Shown piece by piece: positions 21,082 to 31,661 of a stretch of DNA of 64,000 nucleotides (positions within the stretch are counted from its first letter, which is position 1; each line of letters starts with the position of its first letter). The stretch comes from Bryobacterales bacterium (GTDB lineage Bacteria; Acidobacteriota; Terriglobia; Bryobacterales; UBA6623). The DNA lies in assembly GCA_963422375.2 (NCBI GenBank), contig OY729428.2:3232001-3296000 (forward strand). The letters are read 5' to 3'. The notes below the pieces were generated by a model. That model made no database searches and was not told where the DNA came from. It saw nothing but the letters and a program-made list of their open reading frames with translations. A program made the translations under genes and the position numbers.

Positions 21082-21255
21082 GTGGCGTCAGGACACAAGC
21101 CAAGCGGGTATCCGTTGGGGCCCGTGCAAGGCTCTCCGATTCCGATTAGGAGACCACTCCGCGCGTCCATGCCATCGAATCTACATCTTGTGGTGCTCTG
21201 ATCGACAAGCCTACATGCAGGATTAGGGGCCTAGAGTCAGTCTTGGCGTTCTAGG

Positions 21256-21261
21256 TATAAT
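21256..21261 (+). promoter_or_regulatory. Candidate -10 box
   Basis: Perfect TATAAT about 20 nt upstream of GTG 21280 in a divergent intergenic region. No clear -35 box. Confidence 0.35.
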
Positions 21262-21279
21262 GGCATCCGGAAGGTCGAA

Positions 21280-24200
21280 GTGCGTCGCTCGCTGATTGTG
21301 CTCGTTGTCCCGTCCCTGCTGAGCGCAGCCGACAGCATCGATTTCGTCGCCGAGGTCGAACCGATCTTTAAGGCGCGATGCTACTCGTGTCACGGCCAGG
21401 AGCAGCAGCTCGGTCAGCTGCGCCTGGATTCCCGCACCGTGGCCATGGGCAACGGACCGAGCGGCCCGCGCATCGTCGCTCGCGACCCCGACTCGAGCAG
21501 CCTCTACCAGCGCGTGGCAGGCATCGGCAACGGAGTCCGGATGCCGATGGGCGGCAGGCTCTCCGACAGGGAGATCGGGTCCATCCGAGCTTGGATCGAG
21601 CAGGGCGCGGCTTGGCCCGAAGGCAGCGGATCCGCTGAGGGACTGAGCCAGCACTGGGCATTCGCGCCTCCGACAAGGCCGGCCCTGCCCGCAACCAAGA
21701 GCGCTTGGGGGGGCAACGCGATCGACGGCTTCGTGCTCGCGAAGCTCGAGGCCGAGGGCCTCGCACCCTCAGAGCGGGCCTCGAAGACCACGTTGCTCCG
21801 GCGACTCAGCCTCGACTTGACCGGGCTTCCGCCTACCCCCGAAGAGACGGGGCAGTTTCTAGCCGACATCGGCCCGGGGGCCTACGGCCGGGTGGTCGAG
21901 AGGCTGCTCGCGTCCCCTCGCTACGGCGAGCGTTGGGGCCGGGTCTGGCTGGACGCAGCCCGCTACGCCGACTCCGACGGCTTCGAGAAGGACAAGCCGC
22001 GCCAAGTCTGGTTCTACCGAGACTGGGTCGTGAACGCGCTCAACGCGGACATGCCTTACGACCGTTTCGTGCTGGAGCAGGTCGCGGGCGATTTGATTCC
22101 CGGAGCGACACAGGAGAACCGCGTCGCAACCGGATTCCTGCGCAACTCGATGATCAATGCCGAGGGCGGCGCGAATCCCGAGCAGTTCCGCATGGAAGCA
22201 ATGTTCGACCGGATGGACGCCGTCGGCAAGGCCGTGCTCGGCTTGACCGTCCAGTGCGCGCAGTGCCACGACCACAAGTACGATCCGATCTCCCAGCGCG
22301 ATTACTACAGGCTGTTCGCCTTCATCAACAATTCTCACGAGTCCACCGAAGCTGTCTACACTCCGGCCGAGGACCAGCTGAAGGCCGAGATCTACGCTGG
22401 CATCCGTGAGATCGAGGACGACTTGAGGCGCCGCAGTCCCGACTGGCGGGAGCGGATGGCGCGCTGGGAGCGCGAAGAGGCATCCGTCACGCCCGCGTGG
22501 ACCGTGCTCGACACGCGCATCGAGCTAGGCAGCGGCGAGAAGTACATCGTGCTCCCGGACAAGTCGATTCTGGCCGAGGGCTATGCACCGACGCGGAGCG
22601 TCGTCAGTCCCGAGGGACGAGTCGAAGCGGGCACGGTCGCGGCGTTCCGGCTCGAGCTCCTCACCGATCCGCGCCTCCCGCTGGGCGGGCCGGGCAGGTC
22701 GTTCCGCGGCACGGCCGCCCTCACCGAGTTCGAGGTCGAAGCCGCCCCCGCGAGCGAACCCGAGTCATGGAGCAAGCTGGCACTGGCCAGCGCAACCGCC
22801 GATATCGCCCGACCGATCTCGTGGCTCGACCCGTTCCTGTTCCCGGACCAAGACAACAAGCGCAGGGTCTTGGGGGACGTTGGCTTCGCCGTCGACGGCT
22901 TCGAAATGAGCGCTTGGCTCATCGACGGCGGCCCGGGCCGACGCAACGTTCCGCGCAAGGCGGTCTTCCGGCTGAAGGAGCCTCTCGAGGCCGACGAGCC
23001 GCATCTGCTGAGGTTCAACCTGTCGATGAAGCACGGCGGCTGGAACTCGGACGACAACCAGTCGCTCAACCTCGGGCGGTACCGCCTGTCCTACACGTCC
23101 GAGGACGACGCCTCCGCCGATCCCCTGCCCGCGCACGTGCGGCACATCGTCGACAACGTGCCTCCGGAGCGGCGCAGGCCGGATCAGCAGGCCGCCGTGT
23201 TCTCCCACTGGCGGACAACGGTGCCCGGCTGGGAGGAGGCCAACCGCCGCATCGAGGAGCTCTGGCAGCGGCATCCCGAAGGCGCGTCGCAGCTGGTGAT
23301 GAACGAAATGGGCCGGTCGCGGACAACAAGCATCCTTCAGCGGGGGGACTTCCTGCGACCGACCGAGCGGGTGGAGCAGGGCGTGCCCGGTTTCCTGCAC
23401 GCGATGCCACCGACGGGCGACACGCCAGGCCGGCTGGCCTTCGCCGAGTGGCTGGTCGATCGCAACGCTCCCACCACGGCACGGTCAATCGTGAACAGGC
23501 TGTGGCAGGGCCATTTCGGAACAGGGATCGTGGAGACGTCGGAGGATCTGGGACGGCAGGCAGCCGACCCGTCGCATCCCGCACTGCTCGACTGGCTGGC
23601 CGTGGAGCTGATGGACAACGGCTGGAGCCTCAAGCACATCCACGGTCTGATCGCCAAGTCCGAAACCTATCGGCAGTCGTCACGGGTTACGCCGGAACTG
23701 CTCGAGCGCGACCCAGCCAACCGGCTGCTGGCGCGCGGCTCGCGCTTCCGCGTGGACGGCGAGCTCGTGCGCGACATCGCCCTCGCGACCAGCGGCCTCC
23801 TGAGCGGGCAGGTCGGCGGGCCCCCGGTCTACCCACCCGCGCCGGAGTTCCTTTTCCTGCCACCGATCAGCTACGGCCCGAAGCGCTGGTACGTCGAAGA
23901 CGGAGAGCAGCGGTACCGTCGCTCGCTGTACGCCTTCCGCTACAGGTCCGTCCCGTATCCCGTGCTGAAGGCATTCGACACGCCGGACGGAAACTTCTCG
24001 TGCACGAAGAGGGATCGCTCGAACACGCCCCTGCAGGCATTGGTCACGCTGAACGAGACCGCATTCATGGAGGCCGCGAGGGAGCTAGGCCAGCGCACCC
24101 TGGCCGACGGCGGAACCAGCGACACGGAACGGATCGACTACGCCTTTCGGCGGGTGCTCACCCGCTCCCCTGTGTCGGCCGAGCGCGACGAACTGCTGGC

Positions 24201-24375
24201 GTTCCTGGAGGGGCAGCGGGAGCGGCTTGAATCGGGCGATCTCGACGCGACCGAGCTGGCCGGGAACGAGCCTCTGGTCGCGAGCGCCGCAGGGGTGCCG
24301 CAGCGGGAGGTGGCTGCCTGGACCGCCGTGTCCAGAGTGCTGCTGAACCTGGACGAGACCATCACTAGGGAGTGA
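21280..24375 (+). CDS. PSD1 / planctomycete cytochrome c protein (DUF1549 + DUF1553)
   Basis: CYSCH, HWAF, LLRRLSLDLTGLPPT, YGERWGRVWLDAARYADS, CAQCHDHKYDP, PSHPALLDWLA, SNTPLQAL. Confidence 0.93.
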   Translation: MRRSLIVLVVPSLLSAADSIDFVAEVEPIFKARCYSCHGQEQQLGQLRLDSRTVAMGNGPSGPRIVARDPDSSSLYQRVAGIGNGVRMPMGGRLSDREIGSIRAWIEQGAAWPEGSGSAEGLSQHWAFAPPTRPALPATKSAWGGNAIDGFVLAKLEAEGLAPSERASKTTLLRRLSLDLTGLPPTPEETGQFLADIGPGAYGRVVERLLASPRYGERWGRVWLDAARYADSDGFEKDKPRQVWFYRDWVVNALNADMPYDRFVLEQVAGDLIPGATQENRVATGFLRNSMINAEGGANPEQFRMEAMFDRMDAVGKAVLGLTVQCAQCHDHKYDPISQRDYYRLFAFINNSHESTEAVYTPAEDQLKAEIYAGIREIEDDLRRRSPDWRERMARWEREEASVTPAWTVLDTRIELGSGEKYIVLPDKSILAEGYAPTRSVVSPEGRVEAGTVAAFRLELLTDPRLPLGGPGRSFRGTAALTEFEVEAAPASEPESWSKLALASATADIARPISWLDPFLFPDQDNKRRVLGDVGFAVDGFEMSAWLIDGGPGRRNVPRKAVFRLKEPLEADEPHLLRFNLSMKHGGWNSDDNQSLNLGRYRLSYTSEDDASADPLPAHVRHIVDNVPPERRRPDQQAAVFSHWRTTVPGWEEANRRIEELWQRHPEGASQLVMNEMGRSRTTSILQRGDFLRPTERVEQGVPGFLHAMPPTGDTPGRLAFAEWLVDRNAPTTARSIVNRLWQGHFGTGIVETSEDLGRQAADPSHPALLDWLAVELMDNGWSLKHIHGLIAKSETYRQSSRVTPELLERDPANRLLARGSRFRVDGELVRDIALATSGLLSGQVGGPPVYPPAPEFLFLPPISYGPKRWYVEDGEQRYRRSLYAFRYRSVPYPVLKAFDTPDGNFSCTKRDRSNTPLQALVTLNETAFMEAARELGQRTLADGGTSDTERIDYAFRRVLTRSPVSAERDELLAFLEGQRERLESGDLDATELAGNEPLVASAAGVPQREVAAWTAVSRVLLNLDETITRE

Positions 24376-24378
24376 CCG

Positions 24379-25776
24379 ATGCAAGGACCGCAGCCCCCCG
24401 CCAACCCATTCGCCCGCCGCTGGTTCCTCCAGCAGTGCGGGGTCGGTCTCGGGGCCATCGCACTCCGGAGCATGCTGCACGGGTCGGATCCGCTGGCTCC
24501 GAAGACGCCGCACCACGCCCCGAAAGCCAAGAACGTCGTCTTCCTCTTCATGGGCGGAGGCCCGAGCCACCTCGAGCTGTTCGACCACAAGCCCGAACTC
24601 GGCAAGCACGAGGGGACGCTTCCGCCCGCGAGCCTGCTCGAGGGCTACCGAGCCGCGTTCATCGACCCGAATTCGACCCTGCTCGGTCCGAAGTTCAAGT
24701 TCTCGAGACATGGCGAGAGCGGAGCCGAACTGTCCGAACTCATCCCGCACACGGCCTCGATGGCCGACGACATCGCCATAGTCAAGTCGCTCGTCACCGA
24801 CGCGTTCAACCACGCGCCCGCGCAGGTCATGATGAGCACCGGCTCCCAGCAGTTCGGACGGCCGTCCCTCGGCGCCTGGACGCTCTACGGTCTCGGGAGC
24901 GAGTCGCGCGACCTGCCCGGCTTCGTCGTGTTCAGCTCCGGCCAGAAAGGCCCGAGCGGCGGGAACTCGAACTGGGGCAGCGGCTTCCTGCCGTCCATGT
25001 ACCAAGGCGTCCAGTTCCGCACCAGCGGGGATCCCGTCCTGTACCTGTCGAACCCTGCGGGCGTGGACCGCAAGCTGCAGCGCGACTCGCTCGACTCCAT
25101 CCGCCGGCTGAACAGCATGCGCCTAGATGCCGTGGGCGACCCGGAAATCGCAACCCGCATCAACTCGTTCGAGATGGCCTATCGGATGCAGCAGAGCACG
25201 CCGGAGCTGATGGACCTCTCGCAGGAGCCGCCGGACGTCCTCGAAATGTACGGCGCGGAGCCGGGCAAGCCGTCCTTCGCCAACAACTGCATCCTCGCGC
25301 GACGCCTCGTGGAGCGCGGCGTGCGATTCGTCGAGCTGTTCCACGAGTCGTGGGACCAGCACGGCAGCCTGATCTCCGGCCTGACCAAGAACTGCAAGGA
25401 CACCGACCAGGCAAGCGCGGCCTTGGTGAAGGACCTGAAGCAACGCGGCCTGCTCGACGAGACCCTCGTCCTGTGGGGTGGCGAGTTCGGTCGCACGCCG
25501 ATGGTGCAGGGCGGCACCGACGACGGCCGGGACCATCATCCCAACGCGTTCACCATGTGGCTGGCGGGGGGCGGGATCAAGCCCGGCATCACGATCGGCA
25601 AGAGCGACGAGCTCGGCTTCAATGTGGTCGAGGACCGCGTTCACGTGCATGACCTGCATGCGACGATGCTGCACCTGCTCGGATTCGACCACACCAAGCT
25701 GACGTACCGCTTCCAAGGGCGCGACTTCCGCCTCACCGACGTGGCGGGCTCGGTGGTCGACAAGATTCTCGCGTAG
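24379..25776 (+). CDS. DUF1501 domain protein, Tat-like signal
   Basis: RRWFL leader, [50 protein letters not shown]. Confidence 0.93.
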   Translation: MQGPQPPANPFARRWFLQQCGVGLGAIALRSMLHGSDPLAPKTPHHAPKAKNVVFLFMGGGPSHLELFDHKPELGKHEGTLPPASLLEGYRAAFIDPNSTLLGPKFKFSRHGESGAELSELIPHTASMADDIAIVKSLVTDAFNHAPAQVMMSTGSQQFGRPSLGAWTLYGLGSESRDLPGFVVFSSGQKGPSGGNSNWGSGFLPSMYQGVQFRTSGDPVLYLSNPAGVDRKLQRDSLDSIRRLNSMRLDAVGDPEIATRINSFEMAYRMQQSTPELMDLSQEPPDVLEMYGAEPGKPSFANNCILARRLVERGVRFVELFHESWDQHGSLISGLTKNCKDTDQASAALVKDLKQRGLLDETLVLWGGEFGRTPMVQGGTDDGRDHHPNAFTMWLAGGGIKPGITIGKSDELGFNVVEDRVHVHDLHATMLHLLGFDHTKLTYRFQGRDFRLTDVAGSVVDKILA

Positions 25777-25847
25777 ACCGCGACAGAGCACGGGACCGGT
25801 TGCCGACAGTCCGAACGGGGCGAGAATAGAGGGATAGAGGCAATCGC

Positions 25848-26060
25848 ATGGACAAGGGCCTGACCCGCAGCTACGCCCGCGAGAACGACGTGCTGTACCT
25901 AGCGCAAGGGTCGCCGCGCCCGGCCATTTCGGAGGAACGGGGCGAGGGCGTGCTGGTCGGAAGGGATCCCCATTCCGGCGAGATTGTCGGCTGGACGGTT
26001 ATCGACTTCGACCGGAGGTTCCGAGGAGGCCGTTCGAGTCTCGCGCTGCCTCGGCGGTAG
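25848..26060 (+). CDS. Small DUF2283-like protein
   Basis: Y..ENDVLYL..G.P..AISEE..EGVLV.RD..SGEIVGWTVIDF pattern, with GAGG upstream. Confidence 0.6.
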   Translation: MDKGLTRSYARENDVLYLAQGSPRPAISEERGEGVLVGRDPHSGEIVGWTVIDFDRRFRGGRSSLALPRR

Positions 26061-26130
26061 GGGGGCCGACCTCCGCACTTGGTCCGAGGGACCCGGGGCA
26101 CCGCTCCCGGCCCCCGGCAATCCGCGGGAT

Positions 26131-27699
26131 CTAGTACGTCCGCGGAGCGTCCGACGGGACGGGCGAGCGCACCGCTAACTCGGGCGGCGGAACGATCCCC
26201 GCCACAGCCATCGCTTCGCGAATCGCGGCCTCCGCCTTGGGGTGGGGCCGCACGCGACGTGCCCCTTGGTAGCCCGCGGCCAGCGCTAGAGGCGTCGAGC
26301 CGTGGACGTTCTCACGGTTCCAGACTTCGACGCTCGCGCCTCTGGATGCTAGGAACTTAATCGGCTCGGGCCGGTCGCGATACGCAGCCGAATGCATCGC
26401 CGTCTCTCCGTTGTCGTCCAATGCGTCGATGTCGATGCCTAGGTCCAGCAGCATCTCCATGGCGCGCAGCACATCGCGGCCGGTGCCTGCGCGCGCGCCC
26501 GCCAACATCAGCGCGTTGCGTTTCAGATTGTCCGTGAGCAGGGGGTCGGCCCCCAGTTCGACCAGCGTCCGCATCAATTCCACGTCCGCGGTCTGGGCGG
26601 CCGACAGGAACGGAGTCGGACCGAGCACTCGAACGCCCAGATTGATCAGGCCCGGACCCGTCATTCTTGCATTCAGGTTCGCGCCGCGCGCCGCGATCTC
26701 GCGGACAAACTCGAGGCTCGTCATGCTGCCGGTGGTGTCGGGAGGGGGGTTGGCGTCGCCGGGAGGCACTCGACGGGCTCCCGGCACCGCGTGCAGCGCC
26801 GTGTACCCGCCTGGATCGGCGGCGTTAGGATCAGCGCCTGCCGCCAGGAGTTCGGCCGCCAACTCGTAGTTGCCGTTCTCGACGGCCACATGGAGAGCCG
26901 TCGCCCCGGGCCGGAGTTTCGCGCCGAAGCCAAGATGGCGCCACTCGGGAGAGGGCGCGATGCGTTGGTTGACATCCGCGCCCGCTGCAATCAGGACCCT
27001 AGCGGCATCGAGGTGGCCCGCCCGGGCTGCCAGCAGCAGCGGCGTGAACCCCGACTCGAGCCTTGCGTGGAAATCGGCGCCGAACTCGATCAGTTCCTTC
27101 ATGACCTCGGCATGCCCTTCGGCGACCGCCCAGATCAGGGCCGTCTGGTCGGAATTGGGCCGGAAGTCGAAGACCGACGGATCCCTCATGCGGCGCAAGA
27201 AGGCGTTGGCGCCCGCGCCGTCCTGCCGTCCCATGCCGCGAACCGTGGCGCGGGGGGAGGCCCCTCCTCGCAGCAAGGCCTTGACAGGCCCCAGCCTGCC
27301 GGTCCGAGCAGCAGTCATGAGCGCAGTCTCGCCGCCCGGCAGGGTCGTGTTCGGATTCGCTCCCGCTTCAAGCAGCAGCTCCACCATGGCGGTGCTGCCG
27401 TTCGTGCAGGCCAGCGACAGCGGCCTCACCCCGTAGCGGTTGGACGAGTCGGGCCGCGCGCCGGCCGCGACCAGCAGCCTAGCGACTTCGAGCTCGTCGT
27501 GCCGGGCGGCCCAATGCAGGGCGGTCGTGCCGTCCTCCTGGGATCGGTTGGCATCCGTCGCCCGTCCAAGCATGGAGCGCACGAGAGGCCAGTCGGCCGC
27601 CTCGGCCGCATCCGCAAGCTGCGGCCCCGAGACACCGGCCAGGCCCGGCAAAGCCAGCAGCAGGGCCGCCGCCGTCACGCAGATGATCGATGCGCGCAC
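26131..27699 (-). CDS. Exported ankyrin-repeat protein
   Basis: Repeated GTTALHWAA, GETALMTAA, GFTPLLLAA, GATALHVAV. Signal peptide from GTG 27699 (alternative ATG 27738). Confidence 0.9.
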   Translation of the reverse strand: MRASIICVTAAALLLALPGLAGVSGPQLADAAEAADWPLVRSMLGRATDANRSQEDGTTALHWAARHDELEVARLLVAAGARPDSSNRYGVRPLSLACTNGSTAMVELLLEAGANPNTTLPGGETALMTAARTGRLGPVKALLRGGASPRATVRGMGRQDGAGANAFLRRMRDPSVFDFRPNSDQTALIWAVAEGHAEVMKELIEFGADFHARLESGFTPLLLAARAGHLDAARVLIAAGADVNQRIAPSPEWRHLGFGAKLRPGATALHVAVENGNYELAAELLAAGADPNAADPGGYTALHAVPGARRVPPGDANPPPDTTGSMTSLEFVREIAARGANLNARMTGPGLINLGVRVLGPTPFLSAAQTADVELMRTLVELGADPLLTDNLKRNALMLAGARAGTGRDVLRAMEMLLDLGIDIDALDDNGETAMHSAAYRDRPEPIKFLASRGASVEVWNRENVHGSTPLALAAGYQGARRVRPHPKAEAAIREAMAVAGIVPPPELAVRSPVPSDAPRTY

Positions 27700-27718
27700 G
27701 GTTCGATTCTGCCGTCCC

Positions 27719-29050
27719 TCAGATCGACAGCAGCTCATCTACCCTGCCTCGGCTGTCCGCAAACGATTCCATGCGCACGCCAGCCTTCTCGAGCAGGGTC
27801 AGGTGGAGGTTCGCCAGAGGAGTCCCTTCCCCGTAGCGGACGTGGCGGCCGCCCTTCAGCTTGCCGGCACCGCCACCGGCAACCAGAATCGGCAAGTTGA
27901 CGTGATCATGCTTGTTCGGATCCCCCATGCCGCTGCCGTACAGGTACATGCAGTGGTCGAGCAGGGTGCCCTCGCCGTCCGGCGTGGCCTTCAGGCGGCC
28001 CAGCAGGTAGGCGACCAGCGTGACGTGATACTCGTTGATCTTGGCCATCTTGTCGATCATGCTCTGATCGTTGCCGTGGTGGGTCAGCGGGTGATGCGGA
28101 TCGGAGACACCGATCTCGGGATAGGTCCTAGTGCTGCCTTCGCGCGCCAGCTGGAAGGTGATCACCCTGGTCAGGTCCGCCTGGAGCGCGAGCACCTGCA
28201 GGTCGAACATCAGCTTCGCGTGATCGGCATAGGCAGGAGGGACTCCCACCGGCCGCTCCATGTCCGGAGTCGGCGTCGAGTCCACGCTCTCCTCCGCGAT
28301 CCGGATCCGGCGCTCGACTTCCCGCACGCTCTCGAGATACTGGTTCACCTTCGTACGGTCGTCCGCGCCCAGCTCGCGCTGCAGGCGCGAGATGTCGGTC
28401 CTGACGCGATCGAGCATGCTGGCCTTCTTCCTGAGCGTCCGGCTGCGCTCTTCCGGGCTGCCCTCGCCGAACAGCCGTCCGAAGACCTTGCGCGGGTGCG
28501 CCTCGTAGGGCAGCGGAGTGGTCGGCGAGGACCAGGAGAGGTTGTTCTGGTAGACGCAGGCGAAGCCGTCGTCGCACTGCCCGACGACGTCGAGAATGTC
28601 CATGCCGAGCTCGAGCGACGGCAGGGGCGTTTCCTGGCCGATCTCCCGGGCAGCGATCTGGTCGACGGTGGTGCCTAGGTAGTAGTCACTGCTCTCGGTC
28701 AGTCTGGCCTTGGCGCAGCTGAGAAAGGCGGAGTTGGAGGTCGCGTGCGTGCCGGGATAGGCATTCTTCAACTCCATGTTGGTCAGGACCGTGACCTGGT
28801 CCTTGTGAGGCTCGAGCGGGCGCAGGATAGGCGAAAGATCCGCTAGCGAATCGTCGTTCGGGGGCGTCCAGCGAGGCTGATCGGCCCCCATCGGGATGAA
28901 GATGTACCCGAGTCGGCGCACCGGACGCGCCGCTGTCGATGTCGCTGCGGTCAGCGCCGGGACCATCGCGTCCAGCAGCGGCAGCGCTACCGCCGTGCCC
29001 ATGCCGCGCAGCACCGTGCGCCGCGGGAGAGCCTTCTTCGTGACGATCAT
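27719..29050 (-). CDS. DUF1552 domain protein, Tat signal
   Basis: LPRRTVLRGMG..VALPLLDAMVP, PSLELG, YGSGMGDPNKHDH.NLP, TPLANL. Confidence 0.92.
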   Translation of the reverse strand: MIVTKKALPRRTVLRGMGTAVALPLLDAMVPALTAATSTAARPVRRLGYIFIPMGADQPRWTPPNDDSLADLSPILRPLEPHKDQVTVLTNMELKNAYPGTHATSNSAFLSCAKARLTESSDYYLGTTVDQIAAREIGQETPLPSLELGMDILDVVGQCDDGFACVYQNNLSWSSPTTPLPYEAHPRKVFGRLFGEGSPEERSRTLRKKASMLDRVRTDISRLQRELGADDRTKVNQYLESVREVERRIRIAEESVDSTPTPDMERPVGVPPAYADHAKLMFDLQVLALQADLTRVITFQLAREGSTRTYPEIGVSDPHHPLTHHGNDQSMIDKMAKINEYHVTLVAYLLGRLKATPDGEGTLLDHCMYLYGSGMGDPNKHDHVNLPILVAGGGAGKLKGGRHVRYGEGTPLANLHLTLLEKAGVRMESFADSRGRVDELLSI

Positions 29051-31362
29051 CTTGACCTCCTCATTTGAAACTGCTGGCTGCGGACGATCCCGGTCGCGAT
29101 CGCCGAGAAGGCGTATCCGCTCCCTCGTGCGTCCCGCACGATCTTGCGGACAGCCGGTGCGTCGTGATGCTCGACAACCCTGCCGAGGGCGTAGGTCAGG
29201 AGCTTTTCCGTCAGCGTTCCCACAAACAGGTCGGCTCGCTCCAGCAGTGCCTGCTCGAGCCCGGAGACGCCCTCGAAAGAATAGCCTCCGGGAAACCCGC
29301 CGACCGCGTCGATCGGCTGCTCGGATTCCAAGTCGCGCCAGCGGCCCACGGCGTCGTAGTTCTCGAGCGCGAACCCGACTGGATCCATCAGAGCGTGGCA
29401 GCCGGAGCAGGCCGGGTCGGCGCGGTGCGCCGCGAGGCGCTCCCGGACCGAGAGATTCCCGTCGATGGTCTGCTCATCGAGCGCGGGCACGTCTGACGGA
29501 GGCGGGGGTGGGGGAACGCCGAGCAGGTTCTCCAGCACCCAGTGGCCGCGAATCACGGGCGAGGTGCGCGTGCTGTACGAGGTCACGGCCAGCACGGAGG
29601 CGTGCCGCAGCAGCCCGCCCCTGCGACTGTCGCTGTCCAAGCTGACGCGCCGGAACCGGCTCCCGTAGACGTGAGGGATCCCGTAGTGCTTGGCGAGGCG
29701 CTCGTTCAGGAACGTGAAATCGGAGACGATGAGGTCCAGGACGCTGCGGTCTTCCGCGATGACACTCTCGAGCAGCAGCTCGGTCTCGCGCCTCATCGCC
29801 TGCCGCAGGTTGTCGTCGAAGCTCGGGAAGAGGCGCATGTCCGGCTTGAACGACTCGAGATTCCTCAGGTGCAGCCACTGTGCTGCGAAGTTCGTCAGCA
29901 AGGCGCGCGACCGCCCGTCGGCGAGCATGCGGCGGACTTGGCCTTCCAGCACGCCGGGCCCGCGGAGATCCCCGTGAATCGCAAGGTCCAGGAGTTCGTC
30001 ATCGGGGATGCTGCTCCACAGGAAGAAGGAAAGGCGCGACGCCAGTTCCGCGTCGCTGACGCGATACGGCGTGTTGGCGGGGAGGCCGGCAGGCTCGCGC
30101 TCCACCCGGAACAGGAAGTCGGGACTGACGAGGATCGACGCGAGAGCCATTTCGATGCCGGCTTCGAAGCCGTCATCGTCCCGCCCGCGCCTGTAGAACT
30201 CCAACGGACTCTCGAAGTCGGCTTCAACTGGCTCGCGCCGGTATGCCCTGCGCATCAGGGCGCCTAGGATCTGCCGCACGCATGCCTCGTGGCCGTAGCC
30301 GACCTGCGGCCGGCAGGTGAAGATCCGCCGGCGGCTCGGCGTGTCCCCGGGCCCCGTGGCGTCGTACGGACCCAGGATCGAAATCTCGTGGACAGCCGGC
30401 TGCACTCGCGGGTGGCGGTAGACGTTGAAGTGCGCCTGGTACGGCTCACGGTCCGTCTCGAGCACGCCCCATGGCTGCTTCGGGAACGTGACGCCGATCC
30501 GATGGGGGCCGGCCGAGACGGGCAAGCGCACGCGCAGGTGCTGGTCGACCTTCGCGTGATTGCCGACGTGCCGCGGAGGCCTGACCTCAAAGGAGCCCAC
30601 CAGCCGCCTGTCCAAGAGGATTTCCACCCGGTGGGGCACGCGCAAGCCTTCCACCACCTCGTCGCGGTCGCGCATCAGCCGGACCGAGATCTCGTATTCC
30701 GCGTCAAGCGGGAAGTTGTGACGGAATAGCGTCCCGCCCCGTGTGCCGAGGGGGAGACCGTCGACATGCCACTCCTGGGTGACGTCCGGCTTGATCTTGA
30801 CGGTCGCGGCTACCAGAGAATGCACGGGCCGCCCCACTGCCAGTCGCGAGATCCTGTCTGCCGCCGAGACATAGCTCTCGAGCAGCAGGGGGGGCAGATC
30901 GCCGACGGTGATGTTGTCGAATCCGGAGCTCGACTCGTCTCGCGGCAGGACGGAGGAGAGATCGACCTCGAGGGCAAGCAGGTCGCGGATTGCATTCCTG
31001 TACTCGGTTCTGGTGAGCCGCCGGAACGTGTCCGTGCGGCCGGGGTCGGGTCGCGCCGCAGCGGCCCGATCAAGCTGGGATTCCAGCGAGGCCAGCACCT
31101 TCTCGTACACCGCCTCGTCCGGTCGCGGCACTCCTACGGGAGGCATCTGGCGCCCGCGCAGCTTTCGGACGACCCTCTCCCAGACCGCGGTGTTCTCTGC
31201 GACGGATCCAGCGCTCGCCTCGTCAAGGGCAAGGCCGGCCGTCTTCTGGCTCGCGTTGTGGCAACCTTGGCAATACTGCCCGACGAGGCGCTTGTGCGGG
31301 GCTTCCGGAACGGTCGCCGCCAAGCAGGGCAGGATACACGAAACCACGATGGCGACGACCAC
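29047..31362 (-). CDS. DUF1592-type c-type cytochrome protein
   Basis: CQGCH, CSGCH, RRLTRTEYRNAIRDLL, GFDN, ELASRLSFFLWSSIPD, TSPVIRG. Stop overlaps the next start (ATGA). Confidence 0.92.
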   Translation of the reverse strand: MVVAIVVSCILPCLAATVPEAPHKRLVGQYCQGCHNASQKTAGLALDEASAGSVAENTAVWERVVRKLRGRQMPPVGVPRPDEAVYEKVLASLESQLDRAAAARPDPGRTDTFRRLTRTEYRNAIRDLLALEVDLSSVLPRDESSSGFDNITVGDLPPLLLESYVSAADRISRLAVGRPVHSLVAATVKIKPDVTQEWHVDGLPLGTRGGTLFRHNFPLDAEYEISVRLMRDRDEVVEGLRVPHRVEILLDRRLVGSFEVRPPRHVGNHAKVDQHLRVRLPVSAGPHRIGVTFPKQPWGVLETDREPYQAHFNVYRHPRVQPAVHEISILGPYDATGPGDTPSRRRIFTCRPQVGYGHEACVRQILGALMRRAYRREPVEADFESPLEFYRRGRDDDGFEAGIEMALASILVSPDFLFRVEREPAGLPANTPYRVSDAELASRLSFFLWSSIPDDELLDLAIHGDLRGPGVLEGQVRRMLADGRSRALLTNFAAQWLHLRNLESFKPDMRLFPSFDDNLRQAMRRETELLLESVIAEDRSVLDLIVSDFTFLNERLAKHYGIPHVYGSRFRRVSLDSDSRRGGLLRHASVLAVTSYSTRTSPVIRGHWVLENLLGVPPPPPPSDVPALDEQTIDGNLSVRERLAAHRADPACSGCHALMDPVGFALENYDAVGRWRDLESEQPIDAVGGFPGGYSFEGVSGLEQALLERADLFVGTLTEKLLTYALGRVVEHHDAPAVRKIVRDARGSGYAFSAIATGIVRSQQFQMRRSR

Positions 31363-31661
31363 GATGGCCGGCCAAGCACCATGCGACAGCGACCGCGTGC
31401 AATGTCGCGTCTACCTAACCCTCCGCAGCGCTAGGATAGCAGAGCCACATCACGAATCGAAGTCAAGGCACGGGACAAACCGCGGAGGGACCCAGAGGTT
31501 CAGGTGATTGCCGTGTCGCAGGGGGCCCGCCGATGCCTTGAGGGCGGGATCCGTCTTGGCCGCAAGCGTTCGCACTGCACCGAGACTGAGGGGCGGAGGA
31601 CTCCTGCGCGGCCTTGGAGCGAACGGAGCGCACGCATTGCATCAATCCGGCACCGCTGATG

